Assembly: GCF_048593235.1 (NCBI RefSeq)
Contig: NC_133620.1
Span: forward strand, 291,911,765 to 291,975,764
Length of the DNA stretch: 64,000 nucleotides
DNA from: Sminthopsis crassicaudata
Lineage: Eukaryota
Direction of reading: 5' to 3'
Under the pieces are notes generated by a model. That model was not told the origin of the DNA. It did no database searches and saw nothing but the letters and a program-made list of their open reading frames with translations. Made by a program: the position numbers and the translations under genes. Positions 39,138-50,700 of the stretch are shown in pieces (the stretch's first letter is position 1; each line of letters begins with the position of its first letter).

Positions 39138-40750
39138 TCAAAGAGCAATGATCCCAAAATAGACCTGGCCAGGCTCAGCTAAGTCAAGATGTTTTGGATA
39201 GTTGGTGTTAGAACTGAGCTTATCACCTTCTTCAAGCTGGAAGACACCCCCCAGGTAGGTTGGTTCATACCAGGGATTAGCTTCCCTAGCTTCTCTTGTT
39301 GCCTTCTGGCACGGACTCTTGATGGCAGCAAGAAGGTTGACTTTGTTTTGGTAGGACAGTGCAAACCGGGAGATGGTATGAGTGAGGTACAGGGGTTCAC
39401 TGGCACAATTCTCTCCCTTGAAAAGGAGCTGGGAGTAGACCAGGTAAAGTCCAGAGGCAGGTATCACCAGCTGATTGTCTCTCAGTTCCATGCCATTATT
39501 CAGGAGAGCATTGGCACTCCTATTCAACCACTGGAGCTGCCCCTCTGCCCTGGAATTAGCTGTTGGGAAGGAGGAAGAAAAAGTTAAATCCACATGCTTC
39601 TTTTGAGTTCCGTCTTCCACATTTTGTTCCCCACAACTTATTTCTAAAATTCAAGACATTCTTTGTGCCATATCCCTCAGGTTCTTTCCATCCCCATAGA
39701 ATCCTATCCTTTGAATTCTTTCTTTCATCTTCCAGTTCTAGCCATCCAGTTCATTTCCACCCTCTCCCTCTTCCTCCCCTCCTAATATTTCTTCTCCTAT
39801 AGGTTCTGTTTTATCCCCAAAGTTCCATATTGACTTAGCCCATTCTTTGATTCCAGGCCCCATTTGACCCCACTTCCAAAATTTCAGATTATTACCTATA
39901 ACATGAGCTACAGGCTTGCCACTTTCACTCTGACAAGATCCTAGAATGGGAGAGAAAAGAGGAGGAAATGAAAGTTTAAAACTGAACTTAAGCTCTCTTT
40001 CATTCCCCTTTGCCAACCCCCACCAAAATTCAGAGATGCTTCCTGTCCTCTAAGAACTGTTCCCTTATCCCGATTCCCAGCCTCAACCCAGATACATCCC
40101 ACTTGAAAATGAGGGTTTATGAGATTGGGATAGTAAACAAGGGATACTTACTGACTCTCTGTGTCAGAGGGTTCATGTCACGAAAGGCATCTTGCTCCTA
40201 GAGAAGAAAAAAGAAGAGGTTAATGATGAATTATGGACAAAAAGAGTTAAAAAGACAGAGGTCAGAACCTACACATGCCTCTCATAATTCTCATCTTGTC
40301 TCTTTTCTCTCTTATCTTTCTTCCTTATTTCATTTTTCTCTTTATATTTCCCCATTTATATTTCTATTTAGTTCTCCCCCTCCTTCTTCCTTTCCATCAT
40401 TCTTTTTCTTTTCTATTTTCATAATTGTAATTTCCCCATCCCTCTATTATTGTGTTTCTCCCTCTTTTTCTTTACATCCTTATCTCTCTTTCCCCATCTG
40501 TCCTGCCTTTCCCAATTCCTCTCTGTTCCTGTTTTTATGGCCAAGTATTTGTGAGGCATCTCACCTCTTCCTTCTGAGGTCCTATCACACCGAAGTGCAG
40601 CAGGCAGAAGAGAATAGTAGCCCCAGCAAGAAAAAGGAAGGAGGTAAGTGTGAGGCAGAGGCAGCGGCCAGGGCCTTGGGGCCCCCTTGCCTTCCTTTGG
40701 AGTGCCTCTTCTGCTAGTTCCACGTCTCGGATCATGCTCTCTGTGCTCAT
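39138..40750 (-). CDS. TNF: Tumor necrosis factor; CDS complement(join(39138..39559,39896..39940,40152..40197,40565..40750)), 232 aa
   Basis: Reads [17 protein letters not shown]...[13 protein letters not shown] / [15 protein letters not shown] / [15 protein letters not shown] / [14 protein letters not shown]...[10 protein letters not shown]. Exon sizes are 186/46/45/422 with GT-AG sites. Confidence 0.98.
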
Positions 40751-41019
40751 GATTCCTCGTTTGGTGGAGCTGCTCAGTTTTCCAGGGATGTTGTGTCAGA
40801 AGAGGCTGAAGTCCAAATTTGTAGTTCCTTGGTGCAAAGAGGCAAAAGACTCAGTGGACAGAGTGTGTGTGCGTGTGTGTATGAGAGAGAAAGAGCTCAG
40901 TGGTTTGAGTTGTTTAAAGGGGTAAAAATTTCAGAAAGCCTGGAGTAGTCTTTCTTTCTCTCTGATCAGTCCCTTGATGTTCTCTGGGAGCTTCTGTCTA
41001 CTGATGAGTGAACAGCTGC

Positions 41020-41139
41020 TTTTATATGCCCCAAGGACAGGGTGTGGGGGGGTGTGGAAGGGTGTGTGTGGAGAAGTTCTCATTCTGAGGGCGGAAAACT
41101 TCCCTAGTGGAGAAACCCATGAGCTCATCTGGAGGAAGC
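41020..41139 (-). promoter_or_regulatory. TNF proximal promoter: TATA, NFAT/ETS, kappa3 and CRE sites
   Basis: TATAAAA 41020-26, GGAAGTTTTCC 41093-103, GGGTTTCTCC (k3) 41109-18 and TGAGCTCA (CRE) 41120-27. The order matches the known TNF enhanceosome. Confidence 0.9.
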
Positions 41140-41940
41140 TGCTGTGGGGGCCCTGTGGACCTTCCCCAAGCTCCTCTCAGTTTCCTCCTCTTAACGGGGG
41201 CGGGTATTGGAAAGTTGGACTTAAAGGAATCCAAGAGTCCAGAGATATCACTCCCCTTATGGGTTAACCCCAATGATGATTTCAGGAGGGAAGATGTCCT
41301 GAACTGATTGCCCATTCTAATTCCCCAGGCCTGGGCCCTTAAATTTTGAGACAAGAAAGGCTAGGGCTTAAGTGGGATTTTCAGATTCAGATGTCTAGAA
41401 CCCTTAAAGAAGAATACATTGAGGTCTGGGGGATTGGAGCTCTCTTAAGAGGAAAGGGAGAAAAAGAGAGAAAGTTGGTATTTAGAATCTGAATTTTGGA
41501 AAGGAGTAGAGACATCCCAACAAAGGTGAAATCAGTCCTAGCAATGTCCTTCTACTTTCATTCTGACTTCTGGATTTCTTCAGTTTCATTCTTGGTCTAC
41601 AGGAATTTTTTCTTGATATAGGACCCCCATATCATCTATGATTATCTCAGAGCATCTTTATGTCAGGGTATATATTCCTGGAAGCCCCCTATATTCTTTG
41701 ATATCACTCCCCACCCCCAATACCTTTATCATTCATCTTCTAAGCTTCCCATATTACTTTTATTTTCCCTTAGTCTTAAGTATTTTTCTCCTCCATTGTC
41801 CCCATATTTCCTCATGTATCCTTCCCTTCTCACATGGCCACTATTATCTTTTTTTTGTTTGTTTTCCCTTTCACAAAGATCTCTCTGTTACCCTAATCCT
41901 TTAAATAGACCAGACAGACAGGCATCTCAGAAGAAAAATA

Positions 41941-41946
41941 TTTATT
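41941..41946 (-). terminator. LTA polyadenylation signal
   Basis: AATAAA on the minus strand ~635 nt after the LTA stop, with an AUUUA cluster at ~42158-42190. Confidence 0.7.
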
Positions 41947-42581
41947 GAACTTTGCTGAGGGCATAAGTCCAGGCAGGATCCCTAGCACTCTGCTGTCACC
42001 ATTTCTACAAGCTCTTCTTCTCACACAAACCACCTCCTTCCCTCTCTCTTATTCCTTTTCTACTTTTTCTCTATTTTACCTCTGTGTCTACTTGATAAGT
42101 CTTCCCTTGATAGTTTTCTGTCTCTTCTAGCTCCCTCTTCTCATTCTCTGTTTCTCTATAAATAAATAATATTCATCATTCATAAATAATTTTCTCTATT
42201 TCCTCTCCCAACCAATCCCTGATTCCCATCCTCCATACTCTGTTTCTTTTTCCCTTCCACAACCAGGCTTAAATCTCACTCTGATTACTAACCATTTTTG
42301 TATGGGTATTATTTTTGTATGGGAAATTCTCAATCCAAAATTTGACAGTGATTTGGGGGTGAGGATGTGTGTGGTTGTCCTCACCTCAACCCCCATTCTG
42401 GAGTGCCTTCAAACCTCCCAGAATTTCATCTTTGGAGGTTGTAGAGAAGGGAAGTACTTGAAAGAAATGAAGCAATGTTGGAAGCAGAGAATGGTGATGT
42501 GGACCTTTGAAACTGTAGAAATAGAAGAATGGACATGGAGATGGGCCTTGAAACCATTTTTCTCTTTATTTTTCTATTTCT

Positions 42582-43431
42582 TTATAGTGCAAAGGCCCCC
42601 AAAAAGATACTACTAGGGGACTGTAGCAGGTGGGAGATACCGTCTGTATGAGTGGATAGCTGATCTCCCTGGGTGAGCAGGAACACAGCTCCCTGGTAGA
42701 CTGATTTCATCCAGGATCCTTGGGTCCCTTGGCACACAGACTTTTGAGCACTCAGGAGGGGTACATGAACTTGGTACTTGGTGGAGAAGAGGAGAACTTC
42801 ATGGCTCAAATAGAGTGGGGTGGGAGCAACCTGAGAACAACTGGCTCCTGAGAAGACAACTTGGGAGTAAATGAAGTAGAGGCCGCTTGAGGGGACCAAG
42901 AGGGAGTTGTTCCTTAGAGAAAAACCATGTCGGAGGAAAGCGTGATCTGTGCTTGCTCTCCAATGTATAAAGTCCTTCGCGCTGAGATCTCCTAGGGGAG
43001 AGACACAGAAGTCAGGGAATGTTATGGGACTGGGGAGAATAGATGTACAGGCCACTTGGGAGGAGAAATCTGGGAGCTGGTTGCTTGGGTCTGTGAGGGG
43101 AGTGAAGAAGGTAGAACATCTAGATTCTTACCAACAAGATGGGCAGCTGGTTTCAGAGTGTCTCTTATGAGGCTCTTCTGGCTGAACTGTTGAGCTGTCT
43201 GGAGTAGGGCTGGGCTAGATGAGTGAGAGTTATCAAGATTGAGAGCCCCCTATGAAAGAACATGGTTAAGAAGGTACCAGGGGGCCAAGATTTCTTTCTT
43301 GCCCCTTTAAGCTCTCAATCCCCAAATTATCCCCCAGTCCTGTTGCTTCTCACCTGAGCCTCTGGTGGCTGCAGCCAAAGTGCATGGAGGCTCAATGCCC
43401 CCAGGAGACATAGGACTCCAGATGAGGTCAT
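42582..43431 (-). CDS. LTA: Lymphotoxin alpha; CDS complement(join(42582..42991,43132..43249,43354..43431)), 201 aa
   Basis: Signal peptide [26 protein letters not shown], then ...[10 protein letters not shown], and a last exon ending [13 protein letters not shown] sites and phases 0/1 are consistent. Confidence 0.97.
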
Positions 43432-43599
43432 GGGGAGAATCTGAGGAGAGAGAAAGAGAAAGTGGAGAAGGGACCAAGGAGGAGATAAGGATGGAAAGAA
43501 TTAGAGATGGGGAGAAAGAGAGAAAGGAAATAGAAAACAAGTACAGAAACAGAAACAGGAAGATAGGAAAACACACTGATATAAAAAAGCTTATATATA

Positions 43600-43770
43600 C
43601 AAAGACAGAGACATAGACACAAGTAGACAGAAAAAGAGGAGAAACAGAGAGACAGAGAGAAACACAAAGACAGAGAAAGAGAGACAGACAGAGACAAAGA
43701 GATTGAGATAGACAGAAATGAGACATAGAGAAACAGAAACAGCCAGAGAGGAACAGAAACAGAAGTAAAT
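43600..43770. repeat. GA/GACA low-complexity tract in LTA intron 1
   Basis: Degenerate (AGAC/AGAG)n. Eutherian LTA intron 1 is also known to carry a TC repeat. Confidence 0.7.
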
Positions 43771-44026
43771 AGAGACTAATGGAAAGAAAGTCAGAAACTC
43801 AGAAAGGATGAGGTGGAGACCAAGCTCAAAGCAGACCTAGAGAGGGGCAGGTAGATAGACACAGGAAGCTATGGTGAAATAATTGGAATCAAGGTTTTTT
43901 GGGGTTTTAGGGTTTTTTTTTTTTTTAAAGGGCCAGGGGAGAAACGGCAAAGGGTTCAGGAGTGTCTCAGCCAGGGGCCCCTACCTGCTATGAGCTGGGC
44001 TTCCTGGGCCCGGTAGCCTGAGTCCC

Positions 44027-44091
44027 TTTATAGAGGAAGCAGCATCAGGGCGGGAGGGTTCAGGGCTCTAACCTGGCCTGGGGAAGCCCCC
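44027..44091 (-). promoter_or_regulatory. LTA proximal promoter: TATA, GC box and kB site
   Basis: CTCTATAAAGGG (TATA 44027-32), GGGCGGG near 44048-54 and GGGGGCTTCCCC at 44080-91. Confidence 0.85.
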
Positions 44092-46659
44092 AGGGTTTAC
44101 AAAAGGAGTTGGTGTTTTTGCTGAAGGCAGGAAAGGTTGGGGCTATTAGGTTAAGGCTAGAGGCCCTGAGACTAGGGTTCTGGGAAAAGGGAGTAGAGTT
44201 AGGAGGATTCAGGGGGAAGGTGACATGAAAATGAAGGGGAGGATACTGAATTGGGAAAGCTCCCAGAAATCTTCCAGATCTTTATTTTCTTCATGATCCC
44301 TGCACTCTCCCCCTAGACTATGCCGCTGCTATTTTCTTCATTTTTCACTATTTATATCTATCCTATTTGCCATTTACTCGCTCCTGATGTCTCATTACAT
44401 ATTCCTTAGCCCATATAAAATCTACCTGTCTCTAGCATATGTTGCCTAAGTTTTAACAAAGAATAAATCATGTTGCCATATGTAACAAAGATTCCTTCTT
44501 CCAGATTGAGTCTTAGAGAATTGTCTTCTTCTAATCTCACATAGTTATGCTCACAGGTGGCATAGTTATCTTTTGTATATTCTATATGTTTCTTAATCAT
44601 AACTTATGTGATAAATCATGCCAGTCAAATTACAGTTCATGTAAGCAGTATTCAACTGATAAGACTTCCCATGTTCTCCCATGTTCTGAGCTACCTATAT
44701 GATATAAGATATATTGGTTATAATGTACTTCAATTTACTCTCTCCACTCTGACAAAACAAACACACACACTTGCATGGTGATTCATTCTTGTCTCTCAAA
44801 TCTTTCTATCCCTCACCCCCAAGTTTTTCTCTACCCCCTTTCTCATTTGTCATTTCCTACTTCTCCCTCCTTCTCTTATCTATTTCCCATTCCTTTTCCT
44901 TATATCTAAGCTTGACTGCCTCTTTTTCTCACTATCTCTACCATCTCTGTTTCTTTAATCTTTTCTTGTATTGTTTCTTTCTGTTTTTGTTTTTGTTTTC
45001 TAAGAGTTTTATAGTCATTTGGTAGTGTGGGCAGATAAAAGACAGGGAGTTCTTGAGAAAATGGAATCAAATAAAGATGAAGCACACCCAGTCCAAATAT
45101 CAGTGAGACAGAAAGATGAGAAGTTTGAAATAACTGAGGTACTGAGAGAAACAGAAGAAAATGAAGAGAATGAAAGAATGAAAGAACGGGTCTGCAAAGT
45201 CTGAAGGACTGGGTAGCTGGATGGGGAGTGTCAAGAATTGAAAGAATCAGGGAGAGACTGAGAGACATAGAGAGACAGAGACAAAGACTAAAGAACCAAG
45301 AGAGGAAAATCCAGGGAGACTGAGTCTAAAGAATTGAATGTGAAAAACTGAGAGAGAGAGAAATGGGAATGAGAGAAGGATTATAAACTCATTTTGAGAC
45401 TGGAATACTCCAAGGCTGTGTTAGGTGCCTGATATAAAAGACATTATGATATTCTACTAGGATCATGTCAGGAAGGGCAGCTCTCAGTTTCAATCTCAGT
45501 TTCAGATATCGAGCAGGATTTAGTTTCTGTGAAGAGGCAGGTGGTTGTTTGGGGGATTTTCCTGGGTATGAAGAGTGATAATGTGTAGAGTTGGCTCTAG
45601 TATAACTTTATGGTGACATGGAGTAAGAAGGCTTTTCCAAAGAAATTAATGAAATTATTGAAGACTCCACATAGAAAGAGAAATCAAATAAGACTAACCT
45701 AGTTCCAGCCTGGAACTTAACATTGCTCTAACTCAAATTTGACTCCATCTTTAATCACAATCCTAACTCAATCCCAATACTGATCTTAACCCCAAATTCA
45801 TATGGCATTTTATCCTCAATATCAATACAACCTTTATTCCAACCTTAACTTTAATCTGTACTTCTAACTTAAACTTCCAATATACCAATTCAACTTCTAT
45901 TGTCAAATTCTTAACTTTGATTCTAGAGTTCACAAAATAGTTCATGCCTCTCATAGCTGTTAAGAACCTGAGTCACTAATCAGGGAGATCCCTAACCCCC
46001 CCAGAATAGGGGCACAGGATGCCTGGGTGCCTGGCCCCAGAGGGTGGGAGGAAGCTAAGGGCCCCCAGGGAACAAATATTTTTATCAGCATCAGAACAAG
46101 AGACACAGAGCCGGAAACTATGTGGTGAGAGAAAGTGAACTTCATCCTCATCTTTGGGGAACCCCCTTCAGGGCTGAGGGGTCAGACACTTTGAAAGTGG
46201 GATTTTTGAAGAGTTGAGAAATTAGGGATGGTACCTGGGAAATGGGAGACACCTGGATATATATTATTTTACACAACTGTAAGGGAAGAGGCAATGTACT
46301 TAGAAACAAAGAAAAAAGTTCTGGGTAGAAGGGAGAGGGTTGCCCAGATACCAGTATTTCCTGTCCCCTCTCTCCCCTAATTCCTCTTCCTCAGGGCATA
46401 AACTTTCCCATTCTTAACTCTGGGGCTCTTTGCATTCTGGGTCTGAAGTTTCTGGGCACTTTAAAGAACTGATGCCAGACTGTTCACCGCTCAAGCACAG
46501 TCCTTTCTAAATCATGCCAATTCCCTCTGAAAAAGTTCTTCAATTTCCCAGAGAACAATGTACTGTCCCTTCAAAAGGCTTATTTCCCATACTTCAATCT
46601 TGTCTGTCTCAGAAAATCTCATCCATATCCACGTATCCACATTCCCAAATTAAAATACA

Positions 46660-47260
46660 AAAATGTTCAAAAATGTTTGTGGCAGCCCCCTTTGTAGTGG
46701 CCAAAAACTGGAAACTGAATGGGTGCTCATCAATTGGAGAATGGCTGAATAAGTTATGGTATATGATTGTTATGGAATATTATTGTTCTGTAAGAAATGA
46801 CCAGCAGGATGATTTCAGAGAGGCCTGGAGAGACTTACAAGAACTGATGCTGAGTGAAATGAGCAGAATCAGGAAAACATTGTACACAAGATTATATAAT
46901 AATCAACTCTGATGGATGTGGTTCAACAATGAGAGGATTCCCGTAGACGTGTGATGGAAAGAGCCATCTGCATTCAGAGAGAGGACTATGGAGACAGAAT
47001 GTGGATCACAATACAATATTTTCACTGTTTTTGTTATTGTTTGCTTGATTTTTTTTTCTAATTTTTTTTCCTTTTTGATCTGATTTTTCTTGTGTAGCAT
47101 GATAAATATGGAGATATAAATAGAAAAATTACATTGGATTACTTGCTGAATAGGAGAGGGGGATGGGTGAAGAGAAGGGAAAGAGGAAAATTTGGAACAC
47201 AAAATTTTGCAAAGGTGAATGTTATTTGTTATATTTGTTATGTATTTTGAAAATAAAAAG
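46660..47260 (+). mobile_element. L1 3' end
   Basis: KMFVAAPFVVAKNWKLNGCSSIGEWLNKLWY followed by a 3'UTR. Confidence 0.85.
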
Positions 47261-48779
47261 CTAAATATGTCTTGGGGATCGTGAGGAGAAAAAACCCTCC
47301 AATTTTTGTTTTTGGGGCTTACATTCTACTAGAGTGAGAATGGAGGAAGGAGGCAAGAGGAACAATATATACAAAACTAATAGAACACAAATTGATCGTT
47401 GGAAGGATCAGAAAAGATCAATTGTCAGAGATTGCACATCATCTGAGTGTTGGAGAGAATCAGGGTTTCAGGCGAGGAAGGCGAGAATTCTAGACATGGA
47501 ACATATATGGCCTATGGCTAAGGTGCCAAAACAGACCGTCTGTTTATCCTATAGTTTCTTAAGATTTGTGCTTTAGGATTATAAAATTAGCAGTTACAAT
47601 GAAAAGAAACCGATTAGGCACCTATGGAAAGAAACCAGGGCAACAGTCCAGGTGATAAGGGCCTGAACTATGGTGGACTGGAGAAAACAAAGATCTGCAG
47701 GGACTAATTAGACATTAAATAGGGTGAATAAACAAATATTAAGGGTGATTGGAAACTTTGTTGTTTGAGACTATGTGTTCCATTCCCACTCCCATTTTCT
47801 ATTCATTTTTCTTCCCAAAAGGACCCTATACTTAACTGCCCTTTACGTGGCTCCATCTCTTTGGGGCTCCCTCATACTGATATGAGCTCTGTATGTAAAA
47901 ATTTAGTTTCTAACATAATACATAGATGAGCATGTACCCATAGGCATGAAAAGGTAGTGAGACACTATTATCTTCTTCCCTTCTAGCTCTTTCTCATAAA
48001 ACTAAAGAAGAATGATAAATATGGAAATATCTTTAGAAGAACTGCACATGTTTACTCTATATTGAATTATTTTGCTATCTAGGAGAGGTGGTGGGAGAGG
48101 AGGGAAAAAAATTTAGAACACAAGGTTTTTGCAAGGGTGAATGTTGAAAACTCTGCATATATTTTGAAAGTAAAAAGTTACTATTAAAAAACAAAACTAA
48201 AGCAGAGTGTTTGAGTTGGGTAGGAATGGGCTGGAAGGGAAGTAGACAATAATCTGATCTTCACTCCCACTCGTATTTCCTGAAAGCTAGGGTCAGAGGA
48301 GGGAGTAAGGAGCACTCTCCATGGGACTCCCCACCTGATTTCTAAGCCCCCTTCTCTGCACAGAATTTTAACCACTGTTTCCGGGAAGAGAAGATAATGA
48401 TCTATATAGACTGGGACAATATCACCACTTATAGACCAGAAGTTCCTGGGTTCTTGAGGGGAATAGAAACTGAAATGGAAAATCAGAGTCCTGAACTGGG
48501 AGGGTAGGGAAGAATGGAAGTGAAGTTGAGAAGTTGAAGAATGGAGGTGAAGTTGAGAATTGGGACAAGTCACTGGATTTTGAAAAGCAGAAGGGCTAGA
48601 AGGTAGTTCCAAGATATTGATGTCTGAATTCCTTGAGAAGTCTGATCTGCATGCTTAGTTCTCAGTTGGGAAACTAGATGCCTAGTTATTGGGCGTGGAC
48701 CTCGAGTTACCCAAGAATAGACAATCCAGGTTACACAATTTGGCCTTTCCTCATCCTTCCCCAATGCTATTTTTAGCAC

Positions 48780-49230
48780 TTGAAATTCCACTCCCCCACA
48801 AAGGGGCTGCTTCCCTCTCTGTTTTTGGTTTCCCTTAACTCAGTCCTCCTTACAATCCTCTTGAAGGGTCTCCTAGTCTCAACTACCCTCCATCTCAAAT
48901 CCTAGTGACTCAGCAAAGGGAAAGCCCTGGGGGAGGGGGTGGAGGTAAGGGGGTGGAGGATGTGGTTCTGGTAGAGGTTAGGGGGTGGAGAGGAGAAAAG
49001 AAGAGACTAGTTTTGTTCCCTTTTTTGACCTGACAGTAAGCCTCTTTCTCCAGCCACAAACAACTGGTTGAGGTGATTTAGGCACTTGGTCTAAAAGTTG
49101 TGGGGGAATGGAGGTGGAAGGGGAAGTTTGGGGGAAAAGGGAGGGGATGAGAGCTTTGGTGGAGCAAGCTAAAGACTCTAGACCTTGATCTTGGGAGGAT
49201 GGAGTGGCCAGGATGAGCTGATGTCATAGG
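48780..49230. promoter_or_regulatory. Candidate distal TNF/LTA enhancer
   Basis: AP-1 TGACTCA (48906-12) sits 5 bp from kB GGGAAAGCCC (48918-27), with a CRE-like TGATGTCA at 49219-26. The region is repeat-free and ~8 kb upstream of TNF. Confidence 0.5.
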
Positions 49231-49618
49231 TTGAGTACATCACATGCACATGTAGGTCTCTGGTATATAGAACTATAGACTAAAAATTCTGGAAGGAGGG
49301 AGATGTCATAGGTGACAGAAACCACTCAGATGGAAAAAGGCAGAGTAGCGCTCAAGAATAAGATGGGGAACTATATTTTATTAGGAAATGAGTAGGAAGA
49401 AAAGGGACTTAGTGGTAGTAGCCTCCCACTACTGCTCCAGCTCAGCTTTTATGTCTAACCCACAACTTGTCCTCATTCAGGTCTCATCTTTTCCTACAGT
49501 TCCATACTCAATTTTTTCCTTATTCCAGGTCCCATATTTTGTCCTTATTCTCTGTTCTTATCTTGTGGTCTTCATTATTTATATCAAATGTACTCATTCT
49601 CTGTATTTTTCTTCCAGA

Positions 49619-50700
49619 TCATTTTAGGCCTTCTGCATATTGATTGAGGACCTGAGACAGAGCTGTCACAATTTCTATTACTTTTTCCCTTTCCTTAGCC
49701 TCAATTTGGCCCCCAAATCTCTGTAGGAATTTGTCAGAATGCCACACTAAACCTGATGGACCTCAAATATTTCCTTAAGGTTCTCCGATCTGTGGGTGGG
49801 GTTCCCTAGCTACTAGGGCTACTGCCATTGCCTCAGGATCCTTCCTCCCAAGGCAGTGCCAGGGTATAGCTCCCAAACACCAAAATCAGTTCCCTCTCTT
49901 GGTGAGGTCTCCCTTGGGCTTTGTCCTGTTACGGTTTCCCCTACAATGCCCCCTGGCTTCCTGGACCTTCTTAGTTCTGCTTTCCCTCAGCTCTTCCTTA
50001 GCCTGGGCTTGCACTTGGAATAGCTGACATTCATTTTCTTGTTGCCAGCAGTGGTAGGAGGCTCTCTCTGTTGCTTGTTGAGGTCGTTATTTCTGGGCAT
50101 GTTCTTGGGCCAGACATTCAGTCCATGCAGAGTAGGACTCATATTCTGGGGTATCTAAGGCAGCATCCTCATCACCTAAGGAACAATGGGTATATAAATG
50201 GAAAGGTTTAAGGAGGGAGAAGGAAGAGAAACAATAAGGTCAGAAGGAAGATAGTCAGGAGACAGATGAGAGGCAAAAGATATGGAGACAAAAAAAATTT
50301 AAGGGATAGGAATTAATGTGGAATAGCTAAATAATAAAAGATATGGAAAGTGGGGGAGAAGATGAACCACTGAACCACCATTTTACATTACTGTCTGACA
50401 CTTTCAAAGCTATCCTTCTAAGGGGTGGACTCATCATTAGGACCTTGAAGAAAAGCAGCATGCAGAATAGTATTCCCATGGCAGTCCTGGCAAGTGGGGT
50501 CAGCACCAAGTAGCAGTTGAAAGGTAGGGATATCATGGCAGGCACAGGCTTAATGGAGTGGTGGTGGTTTTCCAGTATCTAATATCTAGCCTTGGGTGGT
50601 GTTGAAAGAGGGATGAGCCTTGCTCAGATGTCCTGTAGAAAGATATCTTCCGAAACATGGCTCATGTCTATGTTGGTAAGAGGAAGAACCCATGGTGGGT
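49619..50700 (-). pseudogene. NFKBIL1: Disabled NFKBIL1 (IkBL): exon 2 remnant ~50435..50700 and exon 4 remnant 49619..50175; exon 3 not found
   Basis: Exon 2 reads MGSSSYQHRHEPCFGRYLSTGHL...GKPPPLH*ACACHD...GADPTCQDCHGNTILHAAFLQGPN (ankyrin region). Exon 4 reads ...ESYSAWTECLAQEHAQK*...AKEELRESR...N*FWCLGAIPWHCLGRKDPEAMAVALVARE...WHSDKFLQRF...VTALSQVLNQYAEGLK*. Stops lie at 50550-52, 50087-89 and 49886-88. Frameshifts occur near 50580-50612 and 49745-49795. The donor reads ATGAGT at 50434-50429. The position between LTA and ATP6V1G2 is syntenic. Confidence 0.92.

Noticed and set aside
43132-43214. Shorter LTA exon 3 using the AG at 43215
   Set aside because: It gives 83 nt and breaks the frame. 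The acceptor at 43250 gives an in-frame 118-nt exon.
43307-43726. Long Ser/Leu-rich and Glu/Arg-rich ORFs around LTA intron 1 and at 44.8-45.3 kb
   Set aside because: Translation of GA/TC low-complexity DNA.
49619-50700. Sequencing error as the explanation for the NFKBIL1 lesions
   Set aside because: The lesions are numerous and of mixed type (substitution stops, splice change, missing exon, CpG-type missense), while the adjacent genes are error-free. A read check is still advised.
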